From: Allobaculum fili
GTDB lineage: Bacteria; Bacillota_I; Bacilli_A; Erysipelotrichales; Erysipelotrichaceae
DNA length: 32,000 bases
Assembly (NCBI RefSeq): GCF_020969955.1
Contig: NZ_JAHDSX010000002.1
Coordinates: 1-32,000, forward strand
Direction: 5' to 3'
The position numbers were made by a program, and so were the translations under genes. The notes below the pieces were generated by a model. That model worked only from the letters and a program-made list of their open reading frames with translations. It did not search any database and was not told where the DNA came from. Below are positions 25,501 through 32,000 of this stretch, one piece after another (position 1 is the stretch's first letter; each line of letters begins with the position of its first letter).

Positions 25501-28500
25501 AAACCTTTAACAAGATCGGTCAGGTAGACGGCGCATTCCTTGGAGATGACTTCAAGATTGCACTGGCGGCTGGATCGAACGCTGTCTCGCCTGTACCGTT
25601 TGTTACCTATTCCGGACTCACCGTAACGAGCGGCGAGACGGTGAAGAATATTGCGCTTACACAGGAAAATACGCTTCCTGCTCTGACTTCCGCTTCGTGC
25701 GCACTGAACGGCAAGACGCTTTCCGTCAGCGCCGAAGGCCAGAGTGCAGGTACCGAACTTGCTGTTCTCTGGGAAAAGGCAGACAGCAAAGACGGTCCAT
25801 GGACACCGGCCGATTCGCTGACCGGAACTACGCCGGCGGTCGGCAACAGCCTGGCGGGCAAATTTATTCGCGCCAAAGTCTATCAGAAAAAAGGTTCGGC
25901 TCTGTCTGCGCCAGTAACAACCGCAGCGGTACAGACAGAAGCGAAACATACCGTAACGATTAATACGCCTGCAGAATCTGTCAAAGCAGGAGAAAACGCG
26001 ACCTTTACCGCTACGGCTTCGGATGAAAATGCAAGCATCGCCTGGAGTGTCTGTGACGCCTTTACGGGTCAGGCCACAACGGCAGCCACGATCAATGAAA
26101 GCACCGGTGTGCTGAGCGGCGTTTCCAGCGGTCTGGTTCTTGTTACTGCGACGACGGGCAGTGCGAGTGCAAGCACGCTGGTAAAAATCGAAAAAGAAGC
26201 CTATGGACTGGCCGATGGCGTAACGATCGCACATCGAGCAAGCGCAGACTCCTCCGCTTCGGGTATTGTTCCAGGTGAATCCGGACTGAGCATGGCTCAC
26301 TGGCACTTTGGTCTGTATCAGCAGCAGACTCCGGGTCATGTAGTAACGTTTGAACTCCCAGATGGCGTTGATGCTGAGCACTTCTCCATTGATGTCAAAG
26401 CAAATGCGCCGCAGGGCTCCGGCTACTGGGGTGCGAGCGGTCTCTACCTTTTCAAAGATGCGGACAACTATATTTCCGTGGAACGAAAGAGCCGTTCAAA
26501 TACAAGTAATGAACGAGAAGTCATGGCGCTTGTACGCGAAGTAAATCAGAGTGCAGCTGAATACTGGGATGACGGCAATGTAGATACCGCTCCAAGCATG
26601 GCCCACATAGATAATGTCTGGTATCGCCTCAGTCGAGACGGCAGTACGATCACAGCCGCCTACAGTACGGACGGAACTACCTTCAAGACGATTTCTTCCA
26701 ATACAGACACAAGTTTCCTCGACGGTGAGAGAACCATCGCTCTGGCCACAGCGACTGGAAACAACGACAGTCATCCGGTAACGACGTTCAGCGATCTTTC
26801 CATTACCAGCAATGGCGAGACCAAAGCCTTTGCCCTGACAAGGAAAGTTGAACTTGCCGCACCGACTTCAGTTTCGGTTACGGACGATGAAGAATCGCAG
26901 ACTCTCCATGCATCGGCAAATACAGACAGTGCCAATGGTTCGATTTCCTACGTATGGCAGAGCGCCGGCAGCTTAGACGGTCCGTGGACGGTTGAGACCG
27001 GCCTGCATGGCGACAATGCGCAGTACGATGACAAACTGAATGGAAAGTATCTGCGTGTTCTCGCCTATACCGTTGAAAACGGCATCGTAGGTCCAGCAGC
27101 AGAATCGGCTGCGGTACTCATTAAGAACGCTCAGGAAGTGGAAAATCCTGCAGCAACCAAGGAAAGCAGTGAAACACGTCTTGGCAAAGCCCAGGTCAAA
27201 GTCGCTGACGCAAAAGACTTCAGCAGTCTCGAGCTTTCCCGTCAGTACTGGTATCTGTTCGCGGATGAAGATCAGGAGACGATCTCCTATGACTTCGCAG
27301 CCCTTGCACCGGATGCCAAAGTCACAGTCAGCTTCAACAACAAGCCGGTCGATGCCAAGGCGGATGATGTAAAACTGTACGCCGGCTTCAACCTGTTCGA
27401 AATTTTCGTTACCGCTAAAGACGGAACGATTAAGGATTACCGTCTGCAGGTATTCCGCTCCGGCGATGGCGACCAGTCGGTCAAGACCCTTATAGTCAAC
27501 GGTGCAGAAGTCGCAATTCCAGAAGACGGAAAGGTTCGCGTCGATGTCGATTCCACGGCCACAAGCGCGGCTATCGAAGCCGAAGCGAATTCGAAGCGCA
27601 GCACGATCGAATACTTCCTCGATGGCAAGAAGCTCGACAACCCGATGATTGATCTTAAGGACGGCCCGAATAAAGTGATTGTCGTCTGCCACAGCGAGGC
27701 ACTCCAGATGCCGAACTATGTCGAAGTCAACGTCTACAAAGCGACAAACGCAGACTGCAGCCTGAGCGGCGTGGATTTCGGAGCGAATGCGTCCCTTACC
27801 GAAACCTTTGATCAAGCCGTTGACACGTATACGGGTTCGCATTTCGGTCTGCTCATTCCGTTCACTTTCACCGCGACCAACGCCAATGCGAAAGTTGAAG
27901 TCTTCAAGGGCGACACGCTGATTAAGAGCGGAACCGGCAGCGTAACCTGGAATACAAACGGCTCGGCTGAAGATCCAACCGAGATCAAAGTCAAAGTCAC
28001 CAGCCCCGATGCGTCGGCGACCAAGACGTACAGCTTCACCCTCACGCCAGCCGACGGCTATTACGCATCGGAACTGCCCTGGACGAAAGCCGAAACCGGC
28101 TGGTCCGGTCACAACCCGCAGCGTGATCTCAGTGTGGAAGGCAATGTGCTGACCCTCTTTGACGGAACGAAAGATGTTACATTCGCCAAAGGGATCGGTA
28201 CGCATTCTGCCGCGAGCGGAGATGTAGATATCGATATCGATCTGAGCGGCAAGCAGGGACTCGATCACTTCTATTCCAAAGTCGGACTGGACAAGGAAGC
28301 CGCTTCGGCCAGCCCGAAAGTCAAGTTTACGGTTCTGGCCGACGGTGTAGAACTTGGCTCGGTCGACAACCAGACGCGTGAAATGAAGTACGGCGAAATC
28401 GACGTGGATATTCCAGCCGGAACGAAGACGCTGACGCTGCGCGTTACCAACCGCGCGGACGGAAACTCCAACTCGCATGCCGACTGGGCTGAAGCCAAAC

Positions 28501-29498
28501 TGACGAAGAAAGCGGAAACCCCGCTCCATCTGAGCGCTCAAATTGATCCATCCTGCAGCGGAACCGGAACGGTGACTGCATCGGAAGGCGATCTGGCCGC
28601 CGGTCAGTGGGTAACCGTCAAAGCGGAAGCAGCCGAAGGATCCCGTTTCGTTCGCTGGACCAAAGCCGATGGAACGGAACTGAGTACGGATGCGGAATAC
28701 ACGTACCAGATCGCAGCCGACACCGCTTCGATCCTGGCCGTATTCGAAAGCACAGACGGCAAGCTCCCGGCTCCAACAGGACTGACGGCGACGCCGTCCC
28801 GTGAAAACGGTGTACTGGGCGCTACCCTCAGCTGGAATGCGGTAGAAAACGCAAATGGCTACACCGTAGGCATCACCATGCCAAACGGCATGCATTTCGA
28901 AATGCCGGGAAGCGAAACGTCCATGCCGACCGGTCTGACCCGCAAAGGTACCTGGACCTGGACCGTTACTGCCAACGGCAGCGAAGAATCCGGAACGCTT
29001 GACAGTAAACCTGCCGAAAGCAAGATTCAGGTTATCGGTGTAACCTTCGATACGCAGATTGAGGGCGAACAGAGCAGTGAAGCGCTCTACGTTGCCGGAT
29101 CCCCTGTTGAAAAACCGGCTGATCCAGAACGCGAAGGCTATACGTTCAGCGGCTGGTATACCGATGCGGATTGCCAGAATGCGTTCAGCTTCGAAACCGA
29201 GAAGCCGGCAGCCGAAACCACGCTTTACGCGAAGTGGACCAAAGACGAAGAGCCGACACCGGAACTTGACTGGACGCTTCTGAATGCGGCGATTGATAAG
29301 GGCAATGCGATCAACGCAAAACTGGCATCCTACTCCGATACCGGCAAGAAAGCCTTCACCGATACGCTGGCCTTGGCAAAACTGCTCAAAACCAGTAAGA
29401 ACACAACGCAGCAGGAGATTGACGCAATGGCTAAAGATCTGGCTTCCAAAGAGCTGGCTCTGCGCCTGACGCCCGACAAGAGTCTGCTGACGAAGTAA
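22536..29498 (+). CDS. Secreted 2320-aa multi-module protein with an N-terminal right-handed beta-helix (pectate-lyase fold) glycosidase-like domain, followed by Ig-like, ConA-like, cadherin-like, NPCBM, Fn3, Listeria-Bacteroides-repeat and FIVAR-like modules
   Basis: The SD GGAG lies upstream of the ATG. The signal peptide MKKAAKLTSAFLSLLLGASPLLTTTIPAVA|NEA spans 22536..22625. The VIDVTEYGADPSG opening and periodic beta-helix coil signatures run to about aa 650. The NPCBM text (ELPW..GW..GIGTHS..HADWAEAKL) lies at 28053..28505. GYTFSGWYTD..TLYAKWT lies at 29031..29243. A helical FIVAR-like tail spans 29265..29495. All domain calls are by eye. Confidence 0.9.
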   Translation: MKKAAKLTSAFLSLLLGASPLLTTTIPAVANEARAGQDDALTGEVIDVTEYGADPSGYKDSSPAIIEAIAAAKEKTDAGESVTLSFPKGEYNFYPDKATKKLLYLSNTTGANTSASQRTIGICIEDMQNVTIDGNGSRFVYHGKMTPYASISSENVVFKNFSIDYAAPTCLEMTAVVVDQAAKTITYHIPESLTYTLDGTNINWSSDKSPYTGQPYWTQANSYSYTQSFDAVSGDAWRGSSDPRSGASSIEDLGNHMLKIHYSSMPDIPAGRVYQTRNTLRDQTAGTLAYSKNVTLQNIEENYVHGFGIIVQMCEDITLDGVIFDTPDNSGRATSSSADDINISGVKGKITIKNSRFHNPHDDPINVHGTFLKVTNVDGNKVTVEYQHNETSGFPNYFVGDKIEFSEKGSMAPVANSTRTVTAVSSPDGKGGWIGENTGSLGRIVLTLDEAVPAGITANNYLTENISYTPDVDIHDNVFDASPTRGILCTTRGNVQIHDNMFNRMNMAGIYISCDGQSWYESGRSTNVNIYNNTFINGNSQDIFIDPTNPNVSKDKPVHHNINIENNTFYTEGHKVLDAKSTEGITFKNNTVLRSQPFSSLSFTTTSDEMTVGDTMVPTATMEMNKYTSNLFSFNGCSNIKFEGNTYDPQLRPGIDFGGGTNAADVTSTDQTSASLNQNLPEDAKAYYLSSDPSVISTDAAGNLIAEGPGEATITGYVISGTRKFEMGSKTITVTGDASTSDATIAVSSNKTVLNGGDTAKLSATVTGAEEGTKVSWIVRDAFTGQETDGATITEDGTLTAGNATFIVRVTAKAAGTSASTLIQINGAREYKLSDALSVLHAAESDSDLSRVVYGDGTIKMPLLPVGLYQQQAAAHTLGTAVPEGIDKTDFTVTVKASTPDGNGNWGYSGLYLFKDQDNYVSVEKKSRDGSSNVSERMAMVREVSQHAAETWNGGTEGDGENLNTAADVWYRIVKKDTTIEGYYSKDGETFNKIGQVDGAFLGDDFKIALAAGSNAVSPVPFVTYSGLTVTSGETVKNIALTQENTLPALTSASCALNGKTLSVSAEGQSAGTELAVLWEKADSKDGPWTPADSLTGTTPAVGNSLAGKFIRAKVYQKKGSALSAPVTTAAVQTEAKHTVTINTPAESVKAGENATFTATASDENASIAWSVCDAFTGQATTAATINESTGVLSGVSSGLVLVTATTGSASASTLVKIEKEAYGLADGVTIAHRASADSSASGIVPGESGLSMAHWHFGLYQQQTPGHVVTFELPDGVDAEHFSIDVKANAPQGSGYWGASGLYLFKDADNYISVERKSRSNTSNEREVMALVREVNQSAAEYWDDGNVDTAPSMAHIDNVWYRLSRDGSTITAAYSTDGTTFKTISSNTDTSFLDGERTIALATATGNNDSHPVTTFSDLSITSNGETKAFALTRKVELAAPTSVSVTDDEESQTLHASANTDSANGSISYVWQSAGSLDGPWTVETGLHGDNAQYDDKLNGKYLRVLAYTVENGIVGPAAESAAVLIKNAQEVENPAATKESSETRLGKAQVKVADAKDFSSLELSRQYWYLFADEDQETISYDFAALAPDAKVTVSFNNKPVDAKADDVKLYAGFNLFEIFVTAKDGTIKDYRLQVFRSGDGDQSVKTLIVNGAEVAIPEDGKVRVDVDSTATSAAIEAEANSKRSTIEYFLDGKKLDNPMIDLKDGPNKVIVVCHSEALQMPNYVEVNVYKATNADCSLSGVDFGANASLTETFDQAVDTYTGSHFGLLIPFTFTATNANAKVEVFKGDTLIKSGTGSVTWNTNGSAEDPTEIKVKVTSPDASATKTYSFTLTPADGYYASELPWTKAETGWSGHNPQRDLSVEGNVLTLFDGTKDVTFAKGIGTHSAASGDVDIDIDLSGKQGLDHFYSKVGLDKEAASASPKVKFTVLADGVELGSVDNQTREMKYGEIDVDIPAGTKTLTLRVTNRADGNSNSHADWAEAKLTKKAETPLHLSAQIDPSCSGTGTVTASEGDLAAGQWVTVKAEAAEGSRFVRWTKADGTELSTDAEYTYQIAADTASILAVFESTDGKLPAPTGLTATPSRENGVLGATLSWNAVENANGYTVGITMPNGMHFEMPGSETSMPTGLTRKGTWTWTVTANGSEESGTLDSKPAESKIQVIGVTFDTQIEGEQSSEALYVAGSPVEKPADPEREGYTFSGWYTDADCQNAFSFETEKPAAETTLYAKWTKDEEPTPELDWTLLNAAIDKGNAINAKLASYSDTGKKAFTDTLALAKLLKTSKNTTQQEIDAMAKDLASKELALRLTPDKSLLTK
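24759..27125 (+). repeat. Intragenic tandem duplication of a ~392-aa (about 1.18-kb) three-domain module
   Basis: Unit 1 is aa ~742-1133 and unit 2 is aa ~1134-1530. Landmarks are offset by 392 residues: DFTVTVKASTPDGNGNWGYSGLYLFKDQDNYVSVEKKSR at aa 890 against HFSIDVKANAPQGSGYWGASGLYLFKDADNYISVERKSR at aa 1282. The units have diverged at the nucleotide level. Confidence 0.75.
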
Positions 29499-29579
29499 TT
29501 CATTCGTGCTTACCAGACGTTCTGGAGGATTTAGACTTTTTCCACCACTTTTGACGAACCAGAATGTCTGAAGCAAATT

Positions 29580-29628
29580 GCGGCGGTTCACGCCTGCAGA
29601 GAAAACTGCAGGACGAACCGCCGCTTTT
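29580..29628 (+). terminator. Strong intrinsic terminator after the giant gene
   Basis: A 10-bp outer stem, GCGGCGGTTC (29580..29589) with GAACCGCCGC (29615..29624), encloses an inner CCTGCAG/CTGCAGG helix. TTTT follows. Confidence 0.8.
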
Positions 29629-29874
29629 CTGTATCCAAAAAGAGAAAGGAAATTGACGGCGTCTTTCTTACGATTGCCGGGAAATCTGCCTTAGAAAAAG
29701 CGGATATTGTAAAATGAGACAGAGAATCGCAAAGCCGGTTCAAAATGCGACAAGACAGAGCCCTCCTGCTGCAGCTGCTTCTTCGGATACCGAAAGAGCA
29801 TAAGAATATCCGGTATCCGGGGAAGATTTGGGAACGATAGGATCTGTGTTAAAATTTTCAGGTATAGGTGAAAT

Positions 29875-30975
29875 ATGTCTAAAATTTCTATTATCGTGCC
29901 CTGCTACAATGAGCAGGCCATGATCCCATTGCTGTATGAAACGCTGGTGAAGACGACCGACGCCATTGAAGGTCATACTTTTGAGTTTCTGCTGGTAGAT
30001 GACGGATCCAAAGACAATACGATGAAGGAAATTCTGGAGATCGCCAAAATCGATCCGCGCGTTCGCTACATTTCCTTTTCCCGCAACTTTGGCAAGGAAA
30101 GCGCCATTTACGCCGGTCTGGAAAACTCAGACGGCGATCTGACGGTCATCATGGACGCTGACCTGCAGGATCCGCCCGCACTGCTTCCTGAAATGATTGA
30201 TGCGATCGAAAAGGAAGGCTATGACTCTGTCGCTACCCGGCGCGTGACCCGAAAAGGCGAGCCGAAAATCGTTTCCTTTTTTGCGCGCCGTTTTTATCAG
30301 CTGATGAATCGAATGAGCGATGTGGACATGGTCGACGGCGCCCGGGACTACCGTATGATGAACCGCGAATTTGTGAACGCCATTCTGGAACTTGAAGAAT
30401 ACAACCGCTTTTCCAAAGGCATCTTTGGCTGGGTTGGATTCAAAACCAAATGGCTCGAATACGAAAACATCAAGCGGGCAGCCGGCGAGACCAAGTGGTC
30501 GTTCTGGAAGCTGTTTAAATACGCCATTACCGGCATCGTTTCTTTTTCGACCGTTCCGCTTCAGTTTGCGGCAGCTTTAGGCGTACTCTTTTCCTTAGTA
30601 GCGTTTGTGATGATCATCGTGATTGTCGTGCGCAAAATCTGCTTTGGCGATCCGGTGCAGGGCTGGGCGTCTACGGTATGCATAATTATGCTGATTGGGG
30701 GGATTCAGCTGCTTTCGATCGGGGTGCTCAGTCAGTACATTTCCCGCATGTATCTCGAAATCAAGGATCGTCCGATCTATTTGTGCGCCAGAACGAACCT
30801 CGATGACGATGCGCCCGCGTCGGCTTTGCATCATGGCCGCCGCCGTTCTGTCCGCCTGTATGCGGATCGAGAGGATTACGGATCCGCGCCGCAGCGTGCA
30901 GATCAAAAAAGGATACAGGCAGGAGAAGCGGATGCAGACGATACGGTTAGACCCGCTGATCCAGCGAACGAATAA
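29875..30975 (+). CDS. GT2 polyprenyl-phosphate glycosyltransferase (GtrB/CsbB/ArnC-like)
   Basis: Motifs are IIVPCYNE, LVDDGSKDNT and DADLQDPP, followed by two C-terminal TM helices. The SD is AGGTGA. A ~57-aa charged, Ala/Arg/Asp-rich tail lies beyond the usual family end. Confidence 0.85.
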   Translation: MSKISIIVPCYNEQAMIPLLYETLVKTTDAIEGHTFEFLLVDDGSKDNTMKEILEIAKIDPRVRYISFSRNFGKESAIYAGLENSDGDLTVIMDADLQDPPALLPEMIDAIEKEGYDSVATRRVTRKGEPKIVSFFARRFYQLMNRMSDVDMVDGARDYRMMNREFVNAILELEEYNRFSKGIFGWVGFKTKWLEYENIKRAAGETKWSFWKLFKYAITGIVSFSTVPLQFAAALGVLFSLVAFVMIIVIVVRKICFGDPVQGWASTVCIIMLIGGIQLLSIGVLSQYISRMYLEIKDRPIYLCARTNLDDDAPASALHHGRRRSVRLYADREDYGSAPQRADQKRIQAGEADADDTVRPADPANE

Positions 30976-31028
30976 GAATCCTGAGCTTTCCCTAATAACG
31001 GAAAGCTTATAGAAAGAAGGGTAAAGTG

Positions 31029-31787
31029 ATGGAACTTCTTACCTGGAATGTGAATGGAATCCGGGCTCTGGCTCGAAAGGGCCTGGAGCAGATGCTGGAT
31101 TATCTGAATGCGGACATTGTCTGCTTTCAGGAAATTAAGGCGACGGAAGATCAGATTGAACTGAATCCTGATCTTTATCCGTATCAGTACGTGAATTCAG
31201 CCGTAAAGAAAGGCTATTCCGGAACGATGATTGCCTCCCGCATGGAAGCAAAAAAAGTCGTCCGGGGAATCGGGATCGAAGAATTCGATCAGGAAGGCCG
31301 CGTGATTACCGCATATTTTGAACACTTTGCGGTCGTCTGCGTTTACGTGCCCAACTCGCAGGAAAATCTGAAACGAATCGACTACCGTCTTCGCTTTGAC
31401 AAGGCGTTTACCGACTATCTTCGCTCCATCGATCTTCCTCTGTTGGTGTGCGGGGATTTCAACGTTGCGCGCACTGCGCAGGATATCTGGGATGAGGCCG
31501 ATGGAGAAGGAAGCGCCGGCTATTCTGAACAGGAAAGAAACAGTTTTGAAACGAACTACCTGTCCGATCTGGCTGACGTGTACCGCGTTCTGAAGCCAGA
31601 GGGCCGCGATTATTCCTGGTGGTCCTACCAGAAACGCAGCCGCGATCGCAATGCCGGCTGGCGAATCGATTACTGGCTGGCTTCCAGGGACCTCATGGAC
31701 AAGGTGGAGGACATCGAAATTCTTGGTGATCTGTACGGCAGCGATCACTGTCCGGTTCTGCTTACGATCGATCTTCCAGAAGAATAA
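31029..31787 (+). CDS. xth: Exodeoxyribonuclease III (ExoA/Xth, AP endonuclease family 1)
   Basis: The N-terminus LLTWNVNGIRA, the motifs CFQEIK and GDFNVA, and the C-terminal SDHCPV fit the family. I prefer the ATG at 31029 over the GTG at 31026. Confidence 0.9.
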   Translation: MELLTWNVNGIRALARKGLEQMLDYLNADIVCFQEIKATEDQIELNPDLYPYQYVNSAVKKGYSGTMIASRMEAKKVVRGIGIEEFDQEGRVITAYFEHFAVVCVYVPNSQENLKRIDYRLRFDKAFTDYLRSIDLPLLVCGDFNVARTAQDIWDEADGEGSAGYSEQERNSFETNYLSDLADVYRVLKPEGRDYSWWSYQKRSRDRNAGWRIDYWLASRDLMDKVEDIEILGDLYGSDHCPVLLTIDLPEE

Positions 31788-31855
31788 AGGCTTTTTCTCA
31801 GCTGAGATTTCTTCTGTTCGCCTGCCGCGAGCGGATTTGCCAAATCAAAAACAGA

Positions 31856-31894
31856 CGGCCCGGTCTGACAGGACAGTCAGCCGGGCCGCTTTTT
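31856..31894. terminator. Bidirectional intrinsic terminator after xth
   Basis: CGGCCCGG (31856..31863) pairs with CCGGGCCG (31881..31888), and an inner CTGAC/GTCAG helix adds to the stem. TTTT lies downstream and an A-rich run lies upstream. This hints at a convergent minus-strand gene entering from the right edge. Confidence 0.8.
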
Positions 31895-32000
31895 GATGGC
31901 GTTATGAAATACAGGGCGAATGGAAAGCGTCGGAAAAGCCAAAATCATGGCATCCGTTCTGGTGTATTGAAAACTGGTCCAGAATGTCGCTAATCGGAAA

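Noticed and set aside
26973-29591. An 872-aa ORF on the minus strand antisense to the giant gene. Similar long antisense ORFs occur at 24153..25163, 25299..26381, 20790..22190, 18040..19113, 12314..13618, 10387..11367, 14099..15052, 15387..16106, 3063..3893 and 3766..4533.
   Set aside because: All lie exactly opposite genes with strong family motifs. Their translations are Arg/Phe/Gly-rich low-information strings with no motifs or SDs. Some run through terminators. They are shadow ORFs caused by codon bias on the sense strand.
31902-32000. A possible 3' end of a convergent minus-strand gene entering from the right edge (…FPISDILDQFSIHQNGCHDFGFSDAFHSPCIS, stop at 31904..31902).
   Set aside because: Two minus-strand frames are open across this 99-nt stretch and there is no motif to choose between them. 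The bidirectional terminator at 31856..31894 hints that a gene exists, but I cannot support a specific call.
1-32000. A window-wide search for CRISPR repeats, transposase or integrase genes, IS inverted repeats, prophage genes, toxin-antitoxin pairs, restriction-modification systems or other defence-system signatures.
   Set aside because: None was found. Every ORF longer than about 100 aa with coding character is accounted for by housekeeping families or by the giant glycosidase-like gene. No long direct or inverted nucleotide repeats flank any segment.

Overview
The window reads as a mostly core-genome stretch of a Bacillota (Firmicutes)-type chromosome. I support 22 protein-coding genes, most in gene orders known from Bacillus subtilis. 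On the minus strand there is a two-gene ABC transporter operon. On the plus strand come pyrH-frr-uppS-cdsA-rseP. An SseB-like protein gene and a hemolysin-III family gene lie convergent to these. Then follow smc-ftsY-ylxM, ackA, nrnA-like-dnaE and rplU-prp-rpmA-obg. The only clearly accessory locus is a 6963-nt gene for a 2320-aa secreted multi-module beta-helix carbohydrate-active protein. After it come a GtrB/CsbB-type GT2 glycosyltransferase and exodeoxyribonuclease III. RNA-level features include many intrinsic terminators, several sigma-A-like promoters and a probable L21 ribosomal leader upstream of rplU. I found no rRNA, tRNA, CRISPR array, transposase, integrase, phage gene, toxin-antitoxin pair or recognisable defence system. 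I do not see convincing evidence for a novel multi-gene system here. The items most worth a second look are listed below.
- The architecture, internal duplication and missing anchor of the giant glycosidase-like protein.
- A structured ~280-bp non-coding region after ylxM, where ffh normally sits.
- A possibly leaderless dnaE.
- A degenerate DnaA-box-like repeat cluster upstream of smc.
- A long structured leader with a palindrome upstream of the ABC operon.
The short SMC (981 aa), the absence of dxr from its usual slot and the Prp/L27 propeptide system fit a Mollicutes-related Firmicute such as Erysipelotrichia, but that is inference only. All family calls come from motifs read by eye. No database search was run.
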